A stretch of DNA of 63,648 nucleotides, the filler included, from an uncultured Methanoregulaceae archaeon (GTDB taxonomy: Archaea; Halobacteriota; Methanomicrobia; Methanomicrobiales; Methanospirillaceae): the NCBI GenBank assembly GCA_964530035.1. It is 7 parts of 7 records of this genome, joined end to end, with 100 filler letters (N's around TTAATTAATTAA, not from the genome) between each part and the next. Parts side by side here need not be neighbours in the genome. Positions count along the whole stretch, not along the records: positions 45,961 to 54,785 come from CAZGXZ010000105.1; positions 54,886 to 63,648 come from CAZGXZ010000106.1; 5 more parts are not named here. The stretch is one strand, 5' to 3'. This document shows positions 49,028 to 59,727 of the stretch, piece after piece. The first letter of the stretch is position 1. Every line of letters begins with the position of its first letter. Position numbers and translations under genes: made by a program. The notes beneath the pieces are model-generated. The model was not told the DNA's origin, searched no databases, and saw only the letters and a program-made list of their open reading frames with translations.

Positions 49028-50472
49028 TGGCGATGAATGAAAAGAAAAAGCGAAAGGGAATCCGTGAACTAAGCCCGGTCGATGTGTACCGCCTGCTCCC
49101 TGATACGTCGTGCGGCGAGTGCGGCGAGGCCAACTGCATGGCGTTTGCCGCCCGCGTCGCCAACGGGGAGACGGTGCTGTCCGCCTGCCTTCCCCTGTAC
49201 AGACCGGGCGGGGGGGAGATGCTTTCGCGGCTAGAAGCCCTGCTCGCCCCCCCGGTACGGACCGTGACATTCGGGAACGGAAAAAGGACCACGGTTATCG
49301 GTGGCAAGCAGGTGCAGTACCGCCATGAATTTGCCTATCACAACCCGACGGCAGTCGTCATCGATGTCGACGACAGCCTTCCAGAGGAGGACCTGGTCAG
49401 ACGTGTCAGGAGTATCGAATCATTTTCCTACTCCTATATCGGCCGTGAACTGACGCTCGACGCCATTGCAGTCCGCTCGGTCACCGGCGACCCTGCACGG
49501 TTCAGTGACTGTGTGAAAACTGTTGCTGATACCGGGGGTCTGCCCCTGGTCCTCTGTTCTTTAGACCCGGACATCATGGAATCAGGGCTTCGGGCTGTCC
49601 CCGGGACCCGGCCACTCCTTTACGCCGCAACCCGGGAGAACTGGGAGAGGATGGCATGTCTGGCGGAGAAATACTCATGTCCTCTTGTTGTTTCAGCACC
49701 CGGGGACCTCGCCCTCCTCGGGTCCCTTTCGAGGACCCTGAAGGAGTGGGGTATTCAGGACCTGGTACTCGACCCGGGCACGGAAAATGAGCATCACCTC
49801 TCCGCAACCCTGGACGCGTTTTCCTGTATCCGGAGGGAGGTCTTCAGGGACGGTGACGAGGCATTCGGGTTCCCGCTCCTTGGCACACCCCTCTCCGCTC
49901 ACTGTGGCCAGGAATTGTCAAGGGAGAGGTCGGAATGGAAGGAAGCATACACCGCGTCGATGCTCATGACGAGGTATGCCGATATCCTCATCATGCACAG
50001 CCTTTCCGGCTGGGTCCTCCTTCCTACCCTGATCTGGCGTTTCAACCTGTATACCGACCCGAGGAAGCCGGTATCAGTAGAGCCGGGCATACGGGTCTAC
50101 GGGACACCGGACACCGGTTCACCGGTGCTCGTGACCACGAACTATGCCCTGACCTTTTTCACGGTCGAGTCTGATATCAAGTCAGGCCATTTGGACTGTT
50201 ACCTCATGGTCATCGATACAGGAGGTCTTTCGGTCGAGAGTGCGGTTGCCGGGAAGCACCTGACCCCCGACCGGATTGCGTCTGCCATCACGGAGTATCA
50301 CCCCGAGAAACTGGTCCGGCACCGGACCCTTGTGATCCCGGGCCTGGCCGCCAGGATCAGCGGGGAGACCGAGGAACTCACCGGGTGGCATGTCCTGGTA
50401 GGACCAAAGGACTCGTCCGGGATACCCCAGTTCGTCCACGGGACATGGGAACGACCAGATGGCCAGGCATAA
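49027..50472 (+). CDS. cdhE: ACDS complex gamma subunit (CFeSP large subunit)
   Basis: LP.TSCGECGEANCMAFA..C, YTDPRKP, TTNYALT, IPGLAA. Confidence 0.96.
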   Translation: MAMNEKKKRKGIRELSPVDVYRLLPDTSCGECGEANCMAFAARVANGETVLSACLPLYRPGGGEMLSRLEALLAPPVRTVTFGNGKRTTVIGGKQVQYRHEFAYHNPTAVVIDVDDSLPEEDLVRRVRSIESFSYSYIGRELTLDAIAVRSVTGDPARFSDCVKTVADTGGLPLVLCSLDPDIMESGLRAVPGTRPLLYAATRENWERMACLAEKYSCPLVVSAPGDLALLGSLSRTLKEWGIQDLVLDPGTENEHHLSATLDAFSCIRREVFRDGDEAFGFPLLGTPLSAHCGQELSRERSEWKEAYTASMLMTRYADILIMHSLSGWVLLPTLIWRFNLYTDPRKPVSVEPGIRVYGTPDTGSPVLVTTNYALTFFTVESDIKSGHLDCYLMVIDTGGLSVESAVAGKHLTPDRIASAITEYHPEKLVRHRTLVIPGLAARISGETEELTGWHVLVGPKDSSGIPQFVHGTWERPDGQA

Positions 50473-50541
50473 TACCGGACAAGGGGCTGAAAATAGTCAT
50501 TTCTTTTCCGGATACAGGCTGCCCTTAACCGGTGGTGCCCC

Positions 50542-52374
50542 ATGACAGAGCCGGTCAGGATCGTGGTCGTCCCGGACGGGACGATTATCCAGACGGAAAA
50601 AGGGACGATACTCCAGGACGCGTTCCGGAACGCACGTGTCTGCATGGAGAACGTGTGCGGGGGGAAGGGAGAGTGCGGCAAATGCAGGATTGTCATTCTC
50701 CGGGGGAACTACTCCGTGCTCCCTGTTCTTTCAGGGCGTTCTCCCCACCCGTACGACGAGGAAAGCGGGGTGGTCCTCTCCTGCCGGACTGTCGTCCAGG
50801 GGGACCTCGAGGTCATGGTCCCTGTGGAGAGCAGGGTCAGCTCCCCCCGCATCCTGACGGCCCGCCCGGAGGTGACGGTCGATCCGGACCCTGCGACGAG
50901 GCTCTATCTTTTATCGGTGGGAGAACCTGACGGACTTCCTTTTTCTTCCCCCTCCGTGAGGCTCGAGGGATATTCCGGTCCGCCTCCACACATGGAACGG
51001 GAAGTGTACCAGCAGCTAAACCGCCAGGCATATGAAAGTCTGGTCGTGCTTACCGAAGCCGGGGGGTATCCCGAGATCATAGGCGTTAAAAGGGATAATG
51101 GCGGGGCCAGGTTGTATGGAGCGGCCATTGACCTTGGTACGACAACAGTCGCCGGGGTCCTCGCAGACCTCCGGAACGGAGAAGTCCTTGGTGGGGCATC
51201 TGCGATGAACCGGCAGATCGCATTCGGGGAAGAGGTAATCACGCGGCTGGTTCATGCCCGCTCAAGGGAGGGACTCCTTGAGCTGCAGGATGCCGCAGCT
51301 CGAAGCATTTCGGCGGTATTAAACGACCTTGCCTCGGGTGCAGGGATTAATCTGCAGGAGATCATGGAGGTCACGGTTGCCTCAAACACGGTCATGTCAA
51401 CGCTGTTCCTTGGCCGCGATCCTGCCGGCCTTGACATGCCCGGGGCGCCGGTCGGGAGGGAGATCCTTGTTGAGAAGGCCGTTGCCTCCAGGATAGGGAT
51501 TCACGATGGTGCGTATGTTTCCTGCCTCCCGTCGGTCAGCCGTTTTATCGGGGGAGACATTGTCGGAGGGGTCCTGGTATCAGGGATGTCGTCGTCACAG
51601 GATATCTCCCTTTTCATCGACCTGGGGACAAACGGGGAAATAGTCATAGGGAACGAGGAGTTCCTTGCGGCCACGTCGTGTGCAGCCGGTCCGGCATTCG
51701 AGGGTGCTGGCCTGACCTTTGGCATGAGGGCGAGGGACGGGGCCATAGACCATGTGAAAACAGGTCTTCAACCGGGTGTGCCCGGGATTTCGGTGATTGG
51801 AGGTGGCAGGCCTGTCGGGATCTGCGGGTCGGGGATAATTGATGCCGCACTCTTCATGCTGCGGTCGGGTATTATTGATTTTGCCGGAAAGTTCATCCCG
51901 GGCGCCCCCTCTGTCCGCATGGGAAGCGACGGGTACGAGTGGGTGCTCGTGCCTGGTAAGGATACCGCAAACGGGCGCAAAATCGTGATAAACCAGAGGG
52001 ACCTTGACTACCTGATGGACTCGAAGGCAGCGACCCTCGGGGCCATCGGGGTACTCCTAAAAAAGATCCGGCTCGGTGTGAGGGACATCAGGACAATATA
52101 CCTCGCCGGAGCGTTCGGTGCATGCACGGACGTGTCCAGTCTCGTGGAATTCGGAATCATCCCCCGCTTTCCTGCCGCAAGGGCAGTCCCCCTGGGGAAC
52201 AGCTCCCTTTCAGGCGCGTATGCCGCCCTGGTATCCAAAATGATGCGGAAGAAGGCTGTCGAGGTGGCAGGGCGGATGGTCTCCATCGACCTCCTCGTCG
52301 ATCCTGATTTCATCGAGGAATACCGGTCAGCACTCTATATCCCGGGAAAAGCGGAGTTGTTCCCGGGTGACTGA
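50542..52374 (+). CDS. RACo/AcsV-like ATP-dependent corrinoid reductive activator (2Fe-2S + ASKHA)
   Basis: CGGKGECGKC..C, AIDLGTTT, IDLGTNGE, AAGPAFEG, GICGSG, LAGAFG. Confidence 0.92.
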   Translation: MTEPVRIVVVPDGTIIQTEKGTILQDAFRNARVCMENVCGGKGECGKCRIVILRGNYSVLPVLSGRSPHPYDEESGVVLSCRTVVQGDLEVMVPVESRVSSPRILTARPEVTVDPDPATRLYLLSVGEPDGLPFSSPSVRLEGYSGPPPHMEREVYQQLNRQAYESLVVLTEAGGYPEIIGVKRDNGGARLYGAAIDLGTTTVAGVLADLRNGEVLGGASAMNRQIAFGEEVITRLVHARSREGLLELQDAAARSISAVLNDLASGAGINLQEIMEVTVASNTVMSTLFLGRDPAGLDMPGAPVGREILVEKAVASRIGIHDGAYVSCLPSVSRFIGGDIVGGVLVSGMSSSQDISLFIDLGTNGEIVIGNEEFLAATSCAAGPAFEGAGLTFGMRARDGAIDHVKTGLQPGVPGISVIGGGRPVGICGSGIIDAALFMLRSGIIDFAGKFIPGAPSVRMGSDGYEWVLVPGKDTANGRKIVINQRDLDYLMDSKAATLGAIGVLLKKIRLGVRDIRTIYLAGAFGACTDVSSLVEFGIIPRFPAARAVPLGNSSLSGAYAALVSKMMRKKAVEVAGRMVSIDLLVDPDFIEEYRSALYIPGKAELFPGD

Positions 52375-52531
52375 CCCAAAGCCAAAACAGTCTGAGAAAC
52401 GATACCCGGGTGTCCCGGAGAGTGGGGACCTCCCTCTCCGGCAAGAGAGGAATTAACTCAGGGGATAAATCGAACAAGACACTTCCGGACACCATGTCCC
52501 TGCCACCGTTGTAACAAGCAATATGGGTTCA

Positions 52532-52912
52532 TCACCCCCATCGTTCCTCCCCTGTTTTCCTGGCCTGTATCTTTTGCATGACAAAAGCCACCAGGTCCCG
52601 TGCCGCTGCATAGTCCGGGTGACCGTCACGGTAGAAGCTGCAGAGTTCAGAAAAGAGATTTTCAGTGATGTCCTGGAACGCCTTCGGGTTCTTGACCTCC
52701 ACGGAGGCATCCCCGAGAAATCCCATGACTGAAAGGACATCTTCGCGTTTCAGGGTGAAAAACGAACCCTCACTGTCGTCGAGGAGAACAAGGATACCGA
52801 ACCCGGACAGGAAATCAAGAAAATCCCGGCTGACCGGCGTGTCAAGCTGGAGGATTCTCATGAGCGAACCGTCAACACAGGACTGCTGCCTGACCGATTT
52901 CACGACATGCAT
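52532..52912 (-). CDS. Hypothetical protein
   Basis: Protein-like ORF MHVVKSVRQQSCVDGS... Start uncertain (52912/52924). Confidence 0.6.
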   Translation of the reverse strand: MHVVKSVRQQSCVDGSLMRILQLDTPVSRDFLDFLSGFGILVLLDDSEGSFFTLKREDVLSVMGFLGDASVEVKNPKAFQDITENLFSELCSFYRDGHPDYAAARDLVAFVMQKIQARKTGEERWG

Positions 52913-53265
52913 GGCGGGCTCCATGTACCCGGGGAAGCCTGCGTGGCCGCTCCCCTGAGGAACACGTGTGGGGATACTATCGGGAACGCCCCTCAAAAAG
53001 GCATCGGTTATGGGTTCGGGGGTTTCCCGGTGAGGTATCAGGGAGAAGCATCCGGTATTGGCCATCTTCTCCGGCACTTACCATGTTTTAAATAGTGTTC
53101 TGGAATATGGTATCTTGCTCAGCATTGATGACCGCACACTATCCCGTCTTCTGGGGATCAATCGCTGCTCTACCTCGTTATCAGGACGAAGCCATTCAGG
53201 GGTTGTCGCTGTGTCATGGTTGTTGCTTGCAAAGGATGACAAGAACCGTTTCAGAGGAATAACGC

Positions 53266-54785
53266 ATGAACCCGCAAGAAATCATGAATGTCGCCATTGT
53301 CGACGACACGCACCTGACGGACACCCCTCCGGGAAGGGCCATAAAGAGAATTATCGAAGGGCTCAGGGAGTTTGGTATCCATGTGGGGGAGGTTGCATCC
53401 CCCACCGATGCACGTGCCGCTTATTCGGCACTACCGCAGGTCGACTGCATACTCATCAACTGGAACCTGGGAGGTGACAGCCCCGAACGCCACCGTGACA
53501 TCACCAGTCTCATCAGGGATATACGAGGGCGAACCGAGGACCTGCCGATATTCCTGCTCGGAGAACCAACAAGCGAACCACCTGTCAGCCTCACCGTCGA
53601 GATCCTGAGGGAGATAAACGAATACATCTGGGTGATGGAGGACACCCCGGAGTTCATTGCGGGCAGGATTAATGCGGCTGCAAAGCGGTATCGTGAACGC
53701 CTGCTCCCGCCGTTCTTCAAGGAACTGGTCAATTTTTCACGGGACTTCGAGTACTCATGGCATACCCCGGGCCATGCCGGCGGGACGGCATTCCTGAAAT
53801 CTCCTGCAGGGCGGGCATTTCACCGTTTCTTTGGCGAACAGCTGTTCCGCTCGGACCTGTCCATATCGGTCGGGGAGCTTGGGTCGCTCCTTGACCACTC
53901 CGGCCCTGTGGGTGAGGCGGAACGGTACGCTGCCAAGGTGTTCGGGGCGGACCATACGTATTTCGTAACCAACGGGACATCGACGGCAAATAAAATTGTA
54001 TTTTTTGGGACGGTTACCGAGGGGGACATCGTCCTCGTCGACCGTAACTGTCACAAGTCCGCTGAACACGCCCTGACCATGACTCATTCGATCCCTGTGT
54101 ACATGGTCCCCACGAGGAACAGGTATGGAATCATCGGACCGATACATCCCGCCGAAATGTCGAAGGAAGCCATCAGAACGAAAATCGCCACATCCCCGCT
54201 TGCAAAAGGGGCAGAAAAACCGGTCCCGGTCCATGCCATCATCACAAACTCCACGTACGACGGCCTGTGCTATCATGCCGCCCAGGTCGAAAAATTGCTC
54301 GGCCAGAGTGTCGACAGTATCCACTTTGACGAAGCGTGGTACGCGTACGCCCGGTTCAACCCGCTGTACCGCGACCGCTTTGCGATGCGTGACGGTGCCC
54401 GGGACCCGGAAGGCCCGACGGTTTTTGCAACCCAGTCCACCCACAAACTGCTTGCAGCACTCTCGCAGGCCTCGATGCTGCATGTCCGGAACGGGCGCAT
54501 TCCTATCGATCCTGCACGTTTCAACGAGGGCTTCATGATGCATACCTCCACATCCCCCCTCTATACCATCATCGCCTCTTGTGACGTTTCGTCGAAGATG
54601 ATGGATGGGGCCCAGGGAAGAGTCCTCACCACCGAGTGCATCGAGGAAGCAATACGGTTCAGGCGGACAATGGCCCGGATAGGTCATGATGCACGGACGG
54701 TTTCCGGGCTCTCCGGGTGGTGGTTCGGAATATGGCAGCCTGAAATGGTCCTGGACCATAAAACCGGAGATAGTGTTCCTTTTGC
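53266..54785 (+). CDS. PLP-dependent Orn/Lys/Arg decarboxylase, AdiA/LdcI long form (3' truncated)
   Basis: N-terminal REC-like wing domain, WHTPGHAGG, LLDHSG, DRNCHKS, FDEAW, QSTHK (PLP Lys), HTSTSP. Confidence 0.93.
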
Positions 54786-54885
54786 NNNNNNNNNNNNNNN
54801 NNNNNNNNNNNNNNNNNNNNNNNNNNNNNTTAATTAATTAANNNNNNNNNNNNNNNNNNNNNNNNNNNNNNNNNNNNNNNNNNNN
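54786..54885. other. Artificial contig linker
   Basis: N44-TTAATTAATTAA-N44. Confidence 0.99.
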
Positions 54886-54941
54886 CATCCGGATGGCATT
54901 GGTTTTGGTTTGCTGGGGTTTGGGGGGGCGGCAGCCCCCCG
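54886..54941. repeat. Hairpin-rich intergenic repeat element, copy 2 (at contig start)
   Basis: GGGGGGGCGGCAGCCCCCCG identical to 28957-28976, with a similar upstream flank. Confidence 0.65.
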
Positions 54942-55083
54942 GTTCTCATCTCTTTGATCCTCTGCTTGTTAAAAGGAAAAGCCAAAAAATTGACTCTGTT
55001 AAAATGCAAATGAACTGAAGTTCACACCCGAACCCCCACAAATTCCCCTTCAAATATCCTTATTATGAGCCCATTTTTTGGAT

Positions 55084-55176
55084 TTTCATTGGAAACACTC
55101 TGATCGGAATCGCCGCTGAAGGAGACCTCTCATAATGGGGTGAATAAAATTGAAGACAGGGACGATTTCAACGAAA
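55084..55176 (+). repeat. Dispersed repeat of about 90 nt, copy A
   Basis: Identical 26-nt core CTCTCATAATGGGGTGAATAAAATTG (55127-55152) also at 63201-63226, with alignable flanks. Confidence 0.8.
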
Positions 55177-55285
55177 CCACAGAACAATTAAATTCCGTCA
55201 GTTTAATCGGAGCGAATCCCGCTGACTGGTGCGAAGTGGTACGGCCCCAGTAACATTTTTTCCTGTTCCCTGCATAGGTGGCTTC

Positions 55286-55690
55286 ATGGAAACCGGTGGA
55301 TCCGATACTGATCCATTCTTTGCGAAAGACGCCTGGGCCAGGGAATCAGGTATCGAACTTGTGACCGTTTCAAAAGGCAGGGCAAGAGTACGGATGCAGG
55401 TCACTTCCCGCCACCTGAACAGCCATGGGACAGTACATGGCGGGGTGCTGTTCACCCTGGCCGATGCCGCTTTCGCCCTCGCGTCCAATTCGCATGGCAT
55501 ACCGGCAGCCGCCATAAATGCCCATATCTCCTATGTGAAACCGGCAATGGGTGGAACCCTTGTCGCAGATGCCGAGGAGTATTCCCTCAGCCCGAGGATC
55601 GGCACCTACACGGTAACAGTAACCAGCGACGGCGGTGAAAGGATAGCCATATTCCAGGGAATGGTCTACAGGAAGACCCCACGCACCTGA
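55286..55690 (+). CDS. PaaI-family hotdog thioesterase
   Basis: HLNSHGTVHGGVLFTLADAAFALASN, ISYVKP. Confidence 0.92.
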   Translation: METGGSDTDPFFAKDAWARESGIELVTVSKGRARVRMQVTSRHLNSHGTVHGGVLFTLADAAFALASNSHGIPAAAINAHISYVKPAMGGTLVADAEEYSLSPRIGTYTVTVTSDGGERIAIFQGMVYRKTPRT

Positions 55691-55764
55691 TATCAGGACC
55701 ATCCCGGTAATCCTGGTTCATATACCCGTATCCTGTCTCGTCAGAACAGGTACCGGGATACCTG

Positions 55765-55797
55765 GGTCCTTGGACGACGGTTGATCGTCCAAGAACC
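55765..55797. terminator. Hairpin between convergent genes (possible terminator)
   Basis: GGT(C)CTTGGACGA-CGGTTGA-TCGTCCAAG(A)ACC. Confidence 0.4.
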
Positions 55798-56035
55798 TTG
55801 AACCCCTTTTCAAAATGACCTGGCTTCTAAAACTGCGTCTGATTATCCCAGATGAAAAAGTCCGGTCTCATCCACTGGTCTGCGAGGGGAATAAAGTTCA
55901 CACGAACAACTAAAAAGCAGGATAACCATTTTCAAGGGTCTTAGATACCCTGGTTGCATGCAATGCTGGTTGAGGAGAGGACATACCCTTTAAGGAGGAA
56001 TTATCCTTAACAAGGAGGGTACCCCGGTATATCCT

Positions 56036-56593
56036 TCATTTCTCGGCAATTATGAGGTAATGGTATGGTCCTGTATTTAGGGTGGATTGGATGGCAAACC
56101 CGCCGGATGTGATATAAGCCGATGCTTTTTCTGGAGAAAATCGTTTTTCCAGGGGCGGGCCAAAGTCCATCGCCATATTCTTCCAGTCAAGGTCTGCCAG
56201 GCGGCCCCCAGGCTTCAGCATCGTCCGGGCATTCCGTATGACCTGTGCCGGGTCGGAAAAATCATGGAGGTCGTTACCGAAGAAGACGATGTCTGCGCAC
56301 TCCTTACAGATAATGGCAGTTTCTGCTTCCTTTATTTCGACTGAAAGATTCACCAGTCCCTCTGCTGCAGCCTGTTCCCTGAGGCGTGCCACCGCATCCG
56401 GGTTGATGTCTACCGCATGAACCCTTCCCCCGGGGCCTGCCAGCCGGGCGGCAGGAAGGGAGAAGAAACCTTCTCCACACCCGATATCAATGAAGAACAT
56501 GCCTGGTTGAAGACCGATCGACAAAAGGATTCCTTCAGGGTCCTGCCATGTTCTCCTTTCCGGGTCATCAGCCGGGAACCGCCGCTTTGTCAT
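56036..56593 (-). CDS. Class I SAM-dependent methyltransferase
   Basis: IDIGCGEG, AVDIN, LKPGG, DW..GPP. Confidence 0.9.
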   Translation of the reverse strand: MTKRRFPADDPERRTWQDPEGILLSIGLQPGMFFIDIGCGEGFFSLPAARLAGPGGRVHAVDINPDAVARLREQAAAEGLVNLSVEIKEAETAIICKECADIVFFGNDLHDFSDPAQVIRNARTMLKPGGRLADLDWKNMAMDFGPPLEKRFSPEKASAYITSGGFAIQSTLNTGPYHYLIIAEK

Positions 56594-56742
56594 ACCTGCT
56601 TTTTTTCTCCACGATAATACAGGTTAATTTTTCTTATGAACCTGTCCATTCAGGTGCATCCTGAGATAGGTAACCATGAAGGGATAGTACCCCACCTGAC
56701 AGGGTTTGGGGCATGTCTTTCCAAAACGTACCTGGAAAATAG

Positions 56743-57546
56743 TTATGAATGCTTCAAGGTTCGGCTTTCCAGTTCTGCGGTACTGACGGCAGGATGATGA
56801 TATCTCGGACGTGATTCTGTTTTTTTCCCAGCCTGGATAGCCTGTACCGGACAGAGGTGGATACAGGCACAACAGACCTCGCACCGGTCTTTCCACACCG
56901 GCCTGCCGTCCAGGAGTTCGATATTTTCAGCAGGGCAGACCCTGACACAGGTCCCGCAGGATGTGCATGCAGGGGTTACAGAAAACTGCCGCGACCTGGC
57001 ATGTGCATGCGAGGAAAACCAGGGGTATATTACAGCCCGGAGAAGTGATCCCAGCACTGCCCCTGGAATCCGTTTCCGTTCGCAGCGTCCAATCACGGGG
57101 AGTATTTCATCGACATGGAGGTCAGCTGCCTCAAGGATGTCCTCCCGCTTCCGCCCTTCCGGGGATGCATACATGAAGATATAATTTCCGGGCATCTTAA
57201 CCGAAAAGCCTGCATCAAGGCCCTTTCGTCCATTCTTTTTTAGAATGGCATCAAGTTGCCGCAGTGTCGCTCCCCCGCCAGTCTCTCCAAGTGTTACAAC
57301 GGCGAAGAGGTATTTCGTGTTGGGGAGATCGAGCCGACCGGCCCATTCAGCGACCATGAGGGGCAGCCCGGAGAAATATACGGGGCATACTATCCCTATG
57401 CGTTCTGCTGCCAGGGTAATCTTTCCGGGGACGTTCACGAAGGACGCAACCGGGACGAGCTCGCAATCGCCAAGCTCCGAACAGATTTTCCTTGCCACGG
57501 CCAGTGAGTTGCCAGTCCCGGAAAAGAAATAGATGGTGGTTTTCAT
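56743..57546 (-). CDS. EFR1-family flavodoxin-ferredoxin fusion
   Basis: YFFSGTGNS, PVY, MPGNY, two CxxCxxCxxxCP motifs, RYHHP. Confidence 0.92.
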   Translation of the reverse strand: MKTTIYFFSGTGNSLAVARKICSELGDCELVPVASFVNVPGKITLAAERIGIVCPVYFSGLPLMVAEWAGRLDLPNTKYLFAVVTLGETGGGATLRQLDAILKKNGRKGLDAGFSVKMPGNYIFMYASPEGRKREDILEAADLHVDEILPVIGRCERKRIPGAVLGSLLRAVIYPWFSSHAHARSRQFSVTPACTSCGTCVRVCPAENIELLDGRPVWKDRCEVCCACIHLCPVQAIQAGKKTESRPRYHHPAVSTAELESRTLKHS

Positions 57547-57705
57547 GGAGATCCTCACGAGGTATGGTCATCGGTAGTATCATAAAGCTCTTGAGGGTTT
57601 TCATCGAAACCGGTTTTCCCGGACGGGACATGTCCCGGCATGGACCGCCCGTCACTTCCGGAATCAGCAGGGGAGGGTTCAGTAATTCCGACCGTTCTCA
57701 TCAGA

Positions 57706-59727
57706 TCAATACCGTTCACCGGTCCCGGAAACAAACCGGTAGAGCTCCTTCGGCACAGTTATCACGAACCTGACACCTTTGCCGGGCTCGCCCTTCTCTT
57801 CTATTCCCATGCCATAGACATTGAGGATATCGTGAACGAAAAACAGGTTGAACCCGGTCGCCTTTCCAAATCCCTTGGTGAAAAGGTCCTTTCTTTTTTC
57901 GTGCGGGATGCCGACGCCGTTGTCTTCATAGATGATGGTGCACCCGGTTTCTTCTTCTCTGGCTGTAATCCTGATTTCCGTGACCGTTCTCCCATGTTTG
58001 ACCGAATTGTCAATGAGGTGCAGGAATACCCGGTCGATCACCGGGTCGGCATACAGTTCCAGGTCCCTGGCTTCATTCATGATCGCGACCGAGTTCCCGG
58101 TTCCTGTACTGCGGATATTATCGATTATGGTTTCTAACCGCTGCCATTGCGGGGGCTGCTGTCCGATTTTCTGGTATTCCTCGGTGTACAGGATCTGCTG
58201 CATGATTTCCTTGAGAATCGCCTCCTCACGGGTGATGAAGTCACGGGCCTGGGGGTCGGTGACGGACTCGCATATCAGGGTGACATACCCCTGGATCCCG
58301 ATGACTTTATTGTGGATGTCGTGAAGGGCAACGATATTCATAAGGTTGAGCTTTTGTTTTGCAATCTTCATGGACTGCTCAAGCTTTCTCTGCTCGGTGA
58401 TATTGGTCATCAGGAGCAGCACGACCGGTTCATTCCGGAACGTAATCGGCACTGCCTGGAGAATAACGGTTATCATCTCCCCTCCCCCGGCCATGATGTC
58501 AACTTCGTAGGGAGGCTCCCTTACCCCTGACAGCCGGACGTTCATCTTCTCCCGTAGCTTTTCCCGCTCGTAGTCAGCGATGAACATGAGCGCCGGTTTT
58601 CCGATAACATCTCCCTCCGCATACTTCAGGAGCTCAAGACCGGCCCGGTTGACAAACTTTATAAGACCGTTCCGGTCATAGATTGCGATGATATCCGGCA
58701 GGTTCTCGACGAGGCTCCTGTTGAACTCCTCGCTTTCCCTGAGTGTTTGTTCTGCCTTCCGGCGTTTTTCCTCCTCTTTCAGGATCCCGCGGGCCCTGGT
58801 GACATAGTAGGTGAAGAACAGGAGCGTTATGATCAGTAAGGCCGAAATGATGAACAGGTTGTTCCTGAACCCCTGTATGGTGCTTAATATTTCCTGTTCG
58901 GGGGTCGAGACGATGATTGACCAATACGAGTCCCCCACCCTGACCGGAAGATAAATCGCCTGGTACTGAACGGGTAACGGGGCTGGACCGTTGTTTGCAG
59001 CATACCTGCCTGTACCCCTCTTGCCTTTCATGGCTTCCTGGACAATCGCAAGGACAGATGGCGATGCATTGTACACATCAAAGGCGGTTTTGTCTATCTG
59101 GTCCGGCCGGGGTGAATAGAGTATGATCCCGTTTGGGCTGATGGCCCATGCATGGCCCGAGTCAAGGACCCTGATATTTCCCAGGTTTTTCCTTGCAAGG
59201 GCATCAAACGGCACAAGGATGGCGATACTTCCCCTGAATGTGCCATTCTCAAAAACCGGCATATGGAATGCTACGCTCCTGAACCCCTGGACAGAGGTGA
59301 AAACATCGCCTACCACGATGGAACGGGTGGTCAGGACCTGACGGATGTGGGTCTGGGAGGATATGTCCGATCCGGTCAATGATTCATAGGGATATGTATA
59401 CAGGATGGTGCCGTTCTCATTCACCCGGGAAATCGAGGTTATCTCACCGGCATGATTTTTAAAAAAGACCTGCATCATCTGCCTGCCCTCTCCATCGAGC
59501 CGGGTGATGTGCGTGTTTCCCGAGAGGAATGCAAGTGAGCTGTTGTACGTGCTGAAAAAACCTTCTATCCCGGCTGCCGCCTGTTCAGCGTGGACAAACT
59601 GCTCGTTGTTGACCTGTTCAATCGTTTTATTCTCGATGGCAGTATAGGAGGTATACAACAGTATGCCGCATATCACCAACAGTGCGATAAAAATGGCATA
59701 CTGTCGGATGTAACGCACTTTTATCAC
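57706..59727 (-). CDS. Membrane sensor histidine kinase (dCache + PAS + HATPase)
   Basis: Two TM helices flanking a Cache-like domain, PAS, H-box LHDIHN, LIDNS, DNGVG. Confidence 0.92.
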   Translation of the reverse strand: MIKVRYIRQYAIFIALLVICGILLYTSYTAIENKTIEQVNNEQFVHAEQAAAGIEGFFSTYNSSLAFLSGNTHITRLDGEGRQMMQVFFKNHAGEITSISRVNENGTILYTYPYESLTGSDISSQTHIRQVLTTRSIVVGDVFTSVQGFRSVAFHMPVFENGTFRGSIAILVPFDALARKNLGNIRVLDSGHAWAISPNGIILYSPRPDQIDKTAFDVYNASPSVLAIVQEAMKGKRGTGRYAANNGPAPLPVQYQAIYLPVRVGDSYWSIIVSTPEQEILSTIQGFRNNLFIISALLIITLLFFTYYVTRARGILKEEEKRRKAEQTLRESEEFNRSLVENLPDIIAIYDRNGLIKFVNRAGLELLKYAEGDVIGKPALMFIADYEREKLREKMNVRLSGVREPPYEVDIMAGGGEMITVILQAVPITFRNEPVVLLLMTNITEQRKLEQSMKIAKQKLNLMNIVALHDIHNKVIGIQGYVTLICESVTDPQARDFITREEAILKEIMQQILYTEEYQKIGQQPPQWQRLETIIDNIRSTGTGNSVAIMNEARDLELYADPVIDRVFLHLIDNSVKHGRTVTEIRITAREEETGCTIIYEDNGVGIPHEKRKDLFTKGFGKATGFNLFFVHDILNVYGMGIEEKGEPGKGVRFVITVPKELYRFVSGTGERY

